In this document: positions 13,907-24,490 of the stretch, piece after piece
Numbering within the stretch: position 1 is the stretch's first letter
How the letters are laid out: each line of letters starts with the position of its first letter
Assembly: GCA_965153455.1 (NCBI GenBank)
Contig: OZ234493.1
Span: forward strand, 27,518,213 to 27,582,212
Source: Sphagnum compactum
Taxonomy: Eukaryota
Length of the DNA stretch: 64,000 bases
Direction of reading: 5' to 3'
The notes under the pieces: model-generated
Told to the model about the DNA's origin: nothing
The model's input: only the letters and a program-made list of their open reading frames with translations
Database searches by the model: none
Position numbers and translations under genes: made by a program

Positions 13907-14152
13907 CTTCTTCTTCCAGCAAGCTTCTAGAAAAACATCCAGGAACTCGTGACACCTCAGAGCAGCACCAAAAGCATGATTCCTAGATACTTTTCAACTG
14001 ATTAGTTGGGTGTTTAGAAGCTTAAGATCTTTAATCTGAAATTCTTCTGTAGCTTGAATTCATGAAGAGCTCTGAAATCATCTCCCCCTTGAGACACACA
14101 CATTGCACCAAAATTGACAAATCTTAACCCAGGAAATTTTTCTCCTACTTCA

Positions 14153-15589
14153 GAATATTCTGTTTGTGAGCCGTGGAACATTGATTGATCAGAAAAACCA
14201 TAATTAAACCAAGTTGGCCTTAATTTCCCAACTTCTGAATCCTAATCAAGCAACTTGGATCTTGCTCTGAAGTTACTAAATTTGCTATATTTTATAAAAC
14301 ACATGAGATTATTTGATATGCTATGTAAAATATTTTAAAAACCTATTAAAATTGAGAATATTTTAAATGTATTTTAAAGTACATTCAATTCTAAGCACCC
14401 TAGTTTTTTTGCATGTGATTTGAAAAAAAGAAAGGAATAACTTCCCCTATCAGCTTGGATCAAAGAATTTAACACAAACTTATTAATCTCTAATACTCCA
14501 ACTAAAGTTCTGAACCATCAACTTTCTGATTCATAATCAAACCAACTTGATGAAAACACACAATTACAATCTCATTAATTCTGATTCCAACTTCCAACTT
14601 GCATAATTTCATAACAAAAGCAACTTGATTAAAAAAACCACAAAACCCATCTTGTGAATTCCGACTTCTAAACCTTGAACAAGTTTATGATTTCTAAATT
14701 CATCAATCAGCTTAGCATTTTAATCAAGAAACATTTTAATCTTCTTCCGAATTCTAAATTCATAAATCATCAATTGAGCAACTTGATATTCAAAAATCAC
14801 ACTAATCTTCCTCCAAATTCGTCTCAAAGCAAATTGATCAAGTATGAAGTAAAGCACTGCAAGGTTAAAACACTTCCCTGCATGAAAGATCCTTTCATCA
14901 AATGAAGGGTCCAGCTGCAGAAGCATCTTCTATGTAAAAAACTTTATGGTCTTAATGTTAGGGAAGGCCCGCTCTGTAGGCCTTCTCAAATTTTTGAGCC
15001 TACACCTTAAGGCTATGACCCTCAAATTTAAGAAGGCCCTTGGGAGCAGGCCTTCCCCTATACATAATTCTTGAGATTGCTGGGGGAAGGATGGTACCCC
15101 ACGGCCTTCTCAAAATTTTGAACCCACACCCTCAAGCTATGAGGCTCAAATTCCAGAAGGCCTTCAGGAACTGGCCTTCCTCTATACATAATTCCTGAGA
15201 TCAATGGGTGGGTGACTACTGAAATGCATCAAAGCCAGCCAGACAGCCTGAGTCAAAACCAGCCAACAACAACAAGGGAAACAATACTACATGCAGAGCT
15301 GACATCTTTCACAAAATTTTGCAGCCTTACTTTTTCGGTGTTCTGCTGATCATGATCAGGCATTGCAGGAGGTGGATATGCAATTATCTGAATGGATATC
15401 CGCATCCTTGCACACAAAATAATCATTTTCTGAGATTCTGAAACTATTGGCAGTTCAATCTGATCACTAACTCCTCAAGAAATGCAGAAAGTAGCCAAAT
15501 TTAATGCATTGGAAAAATGAGAATTTGAAAACAAGAAGAAAATAAAATTTAGAAAATGAAGCCCCTCCCTCCTGCCACATGGAATATAC
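14153..15589. promoter_or_regulatory. P1BS-like sites (GNATATNC) upstream of the purple acid phosphatase
   Basis: GAATATTC 14153, GGATATGC 15374, GGATATCC 15394, GAATATAC 15582. Confidence 0.4.
14960..15201. repeat. Tandem pair of ~122 bp units with internal inverted repeats (MITE-like)
   Basis: Each unit has GAAGG...GGCCTTCTCAAA...TCAAATT..AGAAGGCC...GGCCTTCC..TATACATAATTC.TGAGAT. Confidence 0.7.
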
Positions 15590-17979
15590 AATGTAATATA
15601 CCCACCTATTTTTAGTCTTAAAAAAAGGTAGAATTGCAATTCATAAATGTATACATAAATATTTTAAAATAAAAAATTGCTGCAAACCAAGTGCCCAGTG
15701 TCCACACACTGCAATTTTAGGACATTCACAAGTAGTGGCTTTTTTTCACTTTGTGATATAAAAAGATTAGTGATTTTTTTCCAGAAAGCTCTCAAAATAC
15801 GTCAAATTTTTACATGAGGAAAAATTTCCCAAATGCTTTGGTCAAAAAACTGACAAATTGAAAGCTCCCCAGCCCTACCCCACAATTTTATTTTTAAAAA
15901 AGGATTTTATGAATGGTATTGTACTATTGGGTAGTTAATGGTGGATTTTTAAAACTGCATTGTGTTTAAATTTTGAACTTAAATTTTGGTTGTTAACAAA
16001 GGGTTAAAGAGTTAGTACCCACTTTATGTGTTAGTCTCTTCTTGAAGATTTAAGGAATTGAGTAGTTCACATTTTTTTAATTCAATTTTGAATTATTTGG
16101 GGACTTGCCTTGTGAAGAAGTTTCTATTTAGAAGCACAAGACTTTCATTCTGACTACGAGACCAAAGAAACAATATTGAAGAAAAATAAATAAAGCTAAA
16201 TATAAGTGAATTTGCAACATGTAGTCCAATCACAGTAGTCATCCTGCCCCAAATTATTATTTTTCCTGCTTTTTAGGCATGATAAACTAAATTCATTGTC
16301 ATTCCAAGAATTGAAATGGTCATCTGGTTATATTCTTTAAATTCCTGAGAAACTCTAAAAAAGAAAAAAAGAATAGGACATTTCAAATTCCAATTGTCTG
16401 ACTTCGAGTTTTTAATGAATGGAAAGGAAGATTTAAATAAGTCTTTTACCACACATGTTGCATAGTTCAATTATCAAAACATTTCATGCCCTTTCAACAT
16501 GCCAAAAGAATGAAACTCACTGGTTTTTACATTTTTAATATACATAATTATTTTTTAAAGAAAAATCTAAAGTCTTGACTCTTGAGTCTCTAGATTATTT
16601 ATAATTATTTTTAATGAAATTATTCAAGGAACTGAAAATAAGGAAATATTCTTGGGATTTCATTCTCAAATTGCATATCATGTGTAATCTACCCATCTAT
16701 TAAGCAAGGTCGTTTATTTGTTTTGGTTCTCACTATGAGATCTCCCAAATCACTGTGCCCCCATGGTGCTCTTGGTACTTTTAGAAAGCCCTTGATGAGT
16801 AAGGGGCATGAAGTGGTTTAAAATGTTTAGAGTTTGCTTTGGTGTGTGAGTTATTGAATATTGAACAAGTTTGTCATTATAAACTCAATAAATTCAAAAA
16901 CTAACAGCCTTAGGGAAATTGGGGCATTCTCTTTCTATTGTTATAAATCGCTCACTTATGAGCACGCCACACTTGGACTCAGCATGGTTTTTTCAGTTTT
17001 TCCTAACGTCTAGAAAAGTGGCACCTACCAAGCAAAAGTTATCTACCACCTTTTTCTTAACTTTTTATTACGTCTTGTCCACACATAGAGCTTCAGTGCA
17101 CGGTTAACTTAGCTCTTTCAAGCTTTTTCAAAGTAGTGGCCACACCATGTGACGATGCTACGGACCTTTTTTTTTTGGTTTCTTTTTTGCATAGCCATCT
17201 GTGCCATCATCAACGTCGTTTCAAACCGTAGCTTCTTCATAGCTTTCTTCACGTTGCTTCTGCATTTGTTTGCTGTTGTCTGCGTTAATGCATGAGAGGG
17301 AGCGCGGCAAGTCCGAGTTGCAAGGTCTGCATTGCTGCAAGAGAGAGAAAGCGCAAAATTTCAGCTACACGGTCTGCGTTGCTACAAGAGAGGGAGAGCG
17401 ACAGATTGGAACATGGTGCGCGAAGGCAGTAGGTGCAAATGCTTGCGAAAGTCAAAAGCCTTAGCGCTAAGTTACCACTAAGTTATGTGGGGTTTTTTTC
17501 TGGAGAAGCTACCTCTGGCATTTTTGGAAAAAATCTTCCAATTTTGTAGATTTGGAGGTAGAACGCAACAATAACTTTACCACCACTAACTCTCAGATAA
17601 CTCTAACTTACCTCCAAGTGTAACATGACCATTAGTAAGATTTAATGAAGATGATTTCATAATTTTTACACTTCAAAATCAAGATAGATTGAAATTTAGT
17701 GTGGTTAGAACTTAGCCTCAGCTCTGGGCTATATCAGAATAAGGGCCCAGGTGAGGTGGAGCTGAACATGGGTCCAATTCCTGTAACGCCCTTGACCAAC
17801 AGCTTTACCATTTATAAAAGACTGGGCTTGGAATTCTTTTTCAAACAATTTCAATGGAATTTTTAAAAATGACATGGGCCATTTCAGAAATGCCAGGACC
17901 TATTAATGTTTCATTCTCCGAAATGTCCTTAGAGCTTTTACACCGGACAACGGCAAAAGACCTGACCTGATGGGTCTTA

Positions 17980-18267
17980 GGCCTGCTTTACACTAGGAGT
18001 CCGGGCCAATGTTCAACCCAAATCCAGCATTCCTATTGGTGCAAAAGTTGAAATCAGCCCCAAGGGCTTTCCACTAGGGGTCAAGGCTGAAAGAGAAAAA
18101 AACTTTTCAATCTGCCCCAAGTTACTAATAAATGCTGAACTTTATGGTCTCGTATTGGCCCCAAGGCTCAAAAAAGGATACCGTCAAATTTGGGAGGCCA
18201 ATTTGCAACCCAAAAGCTCAAAGTTGCCCAAGTTTTTTTGGCCCTGACTCCTAGTGTAAAGTGGGCT
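17980..18267. mobile_element. Tourist/PIF-Harbinger-like MITE
   Basis: Imperfect ~30 bp TIRs (GGCCTGCTTTACACTAGGAGTCCGGGCCAA / TTGGCCCTGACTCCTAGTGTAAAGTGGGCT) flanked by TTA on both sides. Confidence 0.7.
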
Positions 18268-18311
18268 TTAGGGTATTTTTGTTCAGGTCCAGGTCTTAAG
18301 TGTATAGGTAT

Positions 18312-18904
18312 TAGAGTCCTGCAATGGGTACCCAGTACCCAATACCCACCCATACCCATGGGTAAATGGGTGGGTAATGGGTATGGGCTTGGACGCATGG
18401 GTGGGTAATGGGTGGGTACGAGGGACCCGGGCTTTACAACGACTGAGTTAGCAGATTATAGGGCGACAGTGCACACTGTGCATCTAAGAAACCATAAATA
18501 AGCAGTGCACATTGTGCATCCCGGCATCCAGTGCCATGTCCGAGGACAACTTCTCGGACGCCGACAACACTCTGACCAAGAAGCGCAATCGACTGAAGTC
18601 CCGAACGATAAACAACCTCATGTTCCTTCGCTCTAATTGTGATAAACAACCTCATGTTCCTGCGCTCTAATCGTGACATTTGTATGTAACTGTTTACAAT
18701 AAATCATTGGCACGTCCCTCCTTTTAAAAACACTTCAAAGTACTCTTAAGTAGCTTTATTTTGGTGATGGACTGATGAATATGAGTTGGGTGGGTAATGG
18801 GTATGGACAAGGTGCCATGGGTGGGTAATGGGTGGGTACAGTTGACCCACGCGGAGCTGTGGGTCGGGTATGGGTGCAGTTGTCAAGCCCAATGCAGGAC
18901 TCTG
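18312..18904. mobile_element. Non-autonomous hAT-like DNA transposon
   Basis: TIRs TAGAGTCCTGCAATGGG / CCCAATGCAGGACTCTG, with dense subterminal ACCCA/TGGGT repeats at both ends. The 8-bp TSD is only approximate. Confidence 0.65.
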
Positions 18905-21788
18905 ATATTAGGTATGCAATATAAGCCTTGATATACATATTTTGGGCTAGAGTTTAAAAACATGGCTCCATGCTTCCATTGTTGCAATTCTTATTGGCCT
19001 TGCCTTGGTAGGCAAGGATATTGTGTTTTAGATTCATTATAGAGTATAGTAGCTTAATGGATTTTGGCCCATAGGTAATAGAGTCTATTTTCATATGAGG
19101 ATTTTTGAAAGAAGATATTTTGGCTTGTGTTGAAACTTGAGATTAGCTATAGAGTTATATTATCTTGAAGGATTTTGGTTTCTTTTAGAGGATTTTTTGA
19201 AGATTTTAGTTTTGCATGGTGAAATATTTGAGTTCCATAATTCTTCTTTTGCCTTAAGATACATTTTAATGTAAATGGCAAGGCCACGGTGTGACACATC
19301 CCTTGTTTTTTACTCACTTTGCATTCTTTCAGGTGCCTTTACTTTTTGTTTCTCACTTTCCACTCCTTGCTTGTGGCTTTGTTTGTTTAAAAAAAAAACA
19401 ATCCTAGTCTTCCCTTGTGAATTATGTTTTTGGTGTCCCACTCTCTCACTAGTAAATTTGTTTTTCCTCAATTCCCATTCTTTTAAAAAATATTCATTAG
19501 ACCCGAAACCAAAAAGTCAGCCTTTTTTTTATAAATTTTTTTAACACTAAACCCGGACCCCATGGTTCCTCCGAAATACCCCAACCTGGCCTGGCCAACA
19601 CTGTAGTGACCCAGGGACCAGAGGTAAACAAAGGTTTAGTGGTGCTCATTAATAATTTCAAAATGTTCATAAATAGTATAATACCGATTTTTGTGGGAAG
19701 AGGGAAAATAACAATGATGTCCCTAAAATAGCAATGATAACCTACAACACTATTTACAGGCTGAACAATGGATATTAAAATAAATGATTTGCCAGGGCCC
19801 AGCAGGACTGCCATCACATAGCTGTGCTTTCATTACAAGCAACTTCATTGTACACGTCAAAAGCTTCAAACGGGTTTAGCATTTGTGAAGCTACTACTGC
19901 CCCGGGGGGGGGGTTTGGGGGTGTTCATTATTATTACAATATGGTGATGGTCATATGCAAACCTCAAGAGCAGCCTTTACAGTCACATTTCTAGTCGCCA
20001 CATTTTCTACAGTTTTTTTTCGAAGTTTCGCCAAATTTCCCTATGGGTCTTTAGCATGTAGCCAAAAAATTGAAGGAATCTTAAACTTTTTTTTACTTTC
20101 ATATCCTTTTTATGGTCAAATTTGACTAAACTGTATTTATGGCTACCCAGTTCAGTTACATCACAAATATGAAAACCAAAAGAACAATCACTGCTCAAGC
20201 GTCAATACCCTTTCCATGCAGGAAAACAAGCTTGCCATAAAATGGTACCTATAGCAACAAGGCTAGTTCCATTGACCCTCACTCATGAATACTTTCATAA
20301 CCAGCGTTTTCTGACCCTGGTTATGGAAATATTTTTTATGTCCAGGAGTAGGGGAAACCAGGCTTTTGGGAATATTCCTCCTAGCCATGGGAAAAAAATT
20401 AACAAAAGCTGGAGCTATGGAGAAGAATTGAAACATCCTCACTGCTACCAAGAGTCCACAAACCAAACATCTTTGAGAATATTCCAGACCACAGGTTAAG
20501 GCCGGTGGCAATAGCCTTTTTTTCTATTCCATAGCCATAACCCACTTCCAAGATGTTAAACAGGCCTACTGTACTTAGTTGTTAAAATCCTTTAAAAAAA
20601 CACTTGCTAGCTAGGGAATGGGCATGGCTTTACAGATTCTTGCCCATTGTCTGGTGTAAGGGACAGTAAGATGCCATAGAATAATAGCCTGGGTAACTCG
20701 AAATGGGGGTTGGAAATGTCAGAATTGGCCGATTCTGCCATTTGTCAAGGCCTGAAAACCTGCCGAATCAGCAGGTGCAGATCTTTTATATTGTAAAACT
20801 GGGCTTGTCATCGACTGGAAGTCTGGACACTCAATTGCCAAGGTCGTAGAAAAGCACAAAGGTATTAGGCCTAGTTGCAGCACCCAGTACGAAAGCTGCT
20901 GCAATAGCAATGCCATCATAGTACGCTGCCTATGGAATAATAAAATTAAAAAAGCAATTATCAATTATGTAAAATATCATTTTTAAAAAATCCCTAACTC
21001 CTTTTCCAAGGAATATTCCATGTCCCAGATACCATCAGATATAAACCAAATTTGAAAAAATAATTCTTTAAGCATCTTTCTATATTTTGGCTACAAATTG
21101 AAAACCAATTAAAGAAATCTAGCAAATTTTACGATTTTTTTCTTCTCATTTCTGACAATTGAAAACCTCTAAAATGAATTCATTTTTAGGTTTAATTTAT
21201 CTTTTTCGAAAAAAATGGCCTATAAAAAAAAGGCCAGGTGAATTCAAATTTTGAGTTTTTAGGGTTTGGACTGTGTGAAGTTTGGGGGGGGTGGGGGGGG
21301 GGGGTTCTTTTGCTTTTTCACCGATCTCTTAGTGGGGGGGATCATCAAAGGCCAAACCACCTGACAAGTAACAAACGAATGTCAAGCCTATAGCTCTGCC
21401 CACCCTTGACAAGTTAAAGGATTGCAAGTTTTGCTTCTAATGTACTTCATATGATTTGAAACAGCTCTTCTATAAAAGCCAACTCTATAGGCCAACTCTA
21501 ACCCACTCAAAACTGGCTTTGCAAGGCCGAATGTTGATACACATACGGACGCGTGTGGGCGTGGTGGACACTTGGTCAATATATTTGCATACAAAACCAT
21601 GTGAGATTACTAGGGTTGTTGTGGTAGCATGCTCTCTTGTTCCATTAAGGTGATAACTAACTTAATGTGTCCCACCACATCAGTGGCCATGATCATGAAC
21701 AAAATCATAGGTTTATGAAGGCCCAAATGAATGAGCACCACTGGATGCTAAAATCCTTACCAAATTGGTGAGTGTCAAATTTGGTGAG

Positions 21789-22158
21789 TGTCAGTGCTTC
21801 AACCCACCAGCATACCATGTAGGATGGATGGTGTGTGTATATCATTGTATTCCTATCACATAGGTATTAACCATGCAAATGCATCTACCTACCTCACAGC
21901 TACCAAGTGCCTTAGCTACCTACATACATGGTAACTAATGACCACTTATATTTGAGAGACACTAAATACCCACCCCCCCTCTCCCCATTGTGTTGTCAGT
22001 GTTGCAACCCACAAGTGTACCATGTAAAATGGATGGTGTGTATGTAGATAGGAAACACTTTTTCATTGTATTCCTATCCCATTTGTATTTACCATCCACA
22101 TGCATCTACTTACCTCATAGCCACCAAGTGCCTTAGCTACCTATGCACATGATAACTA
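21789..22158. repeat. Diverged direct repeat, two ~150-165 bp copies
   Basis: GTCAGTG...ACCATGTA..ATGGATGGTGTGT...TCATTGTATTCCTATC...CCAAGTGCCTTAGCTACCTA at ~21789 and ~21996. Confidence 0.8.
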
Positions 22159-22666
22159 GCCTATTTTCCAACTTTGACAACAACAATATTTTAATAATTT
22201 TTTTGCTTTTTTTTCAAAACAACAATCAATTGCACAAAACAACTATGTATGTGTCACACTTTCCATATGATTTATGGTTCTATCATGGAGACCAAAGACT
22301 TTGGCAACTTACATTTGTCTTGTGTGTGAAATGCATGATTGAGAGTATATTCCTTTTGTCCGATAAAGAAACAACGTAGTTGGAACTTGGAAAATTCGCA
22401 AGTCTTTCCAGAGAAGATGATTCAAACCTCTTCTCAAAAATGCCATGTTGAAGATTGCTAAAAACTAACTATTGTTTTTTCTTTCGCTACAAGAACTTCA
22501 ACAATTGATTATGTGAATTAATAATGTACAAGTAGGAAGTGGAACCTTGAATTGGCAAATGAATCCTTAACCAATAGGTTGATTTTTAGTCAAATCACAC
22601 TACACTTGAAAGAAATATTTAGCGACACTAGACATGATAATATAATCAAATTTGGTTATCATGTAG

Positions 22667-24154
22667 CTTGAAGTTGTGGGAGATATAACAAATGCAGTTT
22701 GGCAGTTGAAGAATGTTTTGTAACAACAACAACATTGGAACTATTCCTTCATGATGCAGATACAAAACACTGAGCTTCATGATTGTGTGCAACTATCCCA
22801 AGAGAAAGAACATCTATGGTTGTTAGCCTCTAGCACTAGTATAATGAAGCTATGCATTTGTTGGTATTGTGAGGTGCTATCAACTGAATTATTTCAAAAT
22901 TTTCTAGAAGTTTAGTAGTCAATGGGACCCTAAAAATATGACAATTTCTTGAAATAGCAGGTGAAAGCAGATCCTGAAAAGTACATAGGCAAAGCGTGCC
23001 AATGACACTTGTTTCCCATTGACACCCCAATGTGTAGTGTCTAATTTTTGGTATGGATTATTTTTCATGAATCTTGGAACACTACATGAAACTTGAATCT
23101 AATGTTTAAAATCATATCAACATCAGTAGTGATGGAACAAGCTGGTTGCACATAGTATCTTCTAATCTTCTATAAGCTAAGTATGAAGAATTGAACTTGA
23201 GTAGTTTTTAATCAACTTTTTCCTGCAAAAATCACTCTAAGAAACTTTGCCTCATTTGTAGGAAAGTGATGTGAATTGATGGGATTGTTTGCTTAGATAA
23301 TGGTAAGTGTGGGTTAACATAGTTGATCCACTTTTGGCTCATAACTCTCCATTTCCATGTCTGTTCTTTTTTCCTGCTGCAACTTACTTTCAAGTACAAA
23401 GATTTTCCAATTGTGAGTCATCATGAGAAGTGGATTACCCTTTAATCAAGTTTGTTTCTTTGTGTGTTTGCAGGAATGTTCAAGCTTTGGTTTGCAAGAT
23501 GCTACAAGGTTTGTTTTCTAGTATGTGCTTTGGGGAAGAGGTTCTCAAAAATTCTCAATCACACTTGCATTGAAGAGCTTGGCATCAAGCATTTTTCAGT
23601 TGTTTTCTTGTGGTTTTCTTAGTCAAAGGTTTTTGATAAGGATTGTTGGGTGCACCAGAAAAGAAAAAAATTGGAAGGCCCTGATGGGATGGTATATAGG
23701 GAATGTGTGTATGCAGGCATATGAGCCCAACACATTGCTCCTTGACAATTCTTTAGCAACTATGGGAGCATGACCACCATCGACGGAAATAACCTGTCTT
23801 TTTCATCCAGAGAAGAAGGTTGTGGTTGTTTATGGTGATGGAGGCTTCATGTTAAATTCTCAAGGAGGATTCTAGTCTTTCTTCCCATGGGTCTTAAAGT
23901 TAAGAAATATTTATAACTTAGTCTACTTTCCCCTTTGTCCCATTGTTGAACTTTTGGAGTGAAAGTGAGTTGTAGACCTGTTGCACAAGTTTGAAAGATT
24001 TGTAGAAAAGAAGAATTTTGCTAAGAGCTAGTAGGGGCATTACAATCTTATATATAAAGAAGTTTATTGAGCATTTTGATGGTTTTTGAAGGCGATGGAG
24101 ACAATAGTGCATTTAGATATCAACTTGACCATTGTTGTTTGGAATGACAATGGC
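22667..24154 (+). pseudogene. Intron-containing pseudogene of a bacterial-type acetolactate synthase large subunit (TPP enzyme), C-terminal half
   Basis: Exon remnants: LEVVGDITNAVWQLK (22667), DGIVCLDNG|gt (23278-23302), GMFKLWFARCYK (23474-23508), AYEPNTLLLDNSLATMGA*PPS...VVVVYGDGGFMLNSQ (23717-~23865) and AMETIVHLDINLTIVVWNDNG (24092-24154). In-frame stops are present. Confidence 0.8.
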
Positions 24155-24490
24155 TTTTCAGTTTTTAGTTTTCAGTATTCCTTCCATACATTTCACAAAG
24201 AGATTACAGATTTCAATTTTTAACTTTCAACTTTCAACATTCACACATCCAAATTCAAACATTTCAATTTTCAAAATTTCAAATTCCAGATGCTTCACAT
24301 AGAGATTTCAATTTTCAGTTTTTAGCTTTAAGTATTCACACATCCCAATTCAGACATTTTAATTCTCAAAATTTCAAATTCCAAACATTTCACATACAAG
24401 TTTCAAATTTCAGTTTTCAGCTTTCAATATTCACACATTGGAATTCAAACATTTCAATTTTCAAAATTTTAGATTCCAAACATTCCATAT
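24155..24490. repeat. Degenerate tandem array (TTTCAA/TTCACACAT-rich, ~95-100 bp higher-order unit)
   Basis: Recurring ATTCACACAT..AATTCA.ACATTT.AATT.TCAAAATTT.A.ATTCCA.A at ~24240, ~24335 and ~24430. Confidence 0.75.

Noticed and set aside
20200..20964. Minus-strand ORFs with a signal-peptide-like start (MMALLLQQ...STTLA)
   Set aside because: No recognisable family, no consistent exon structure, and stops follow quickly.
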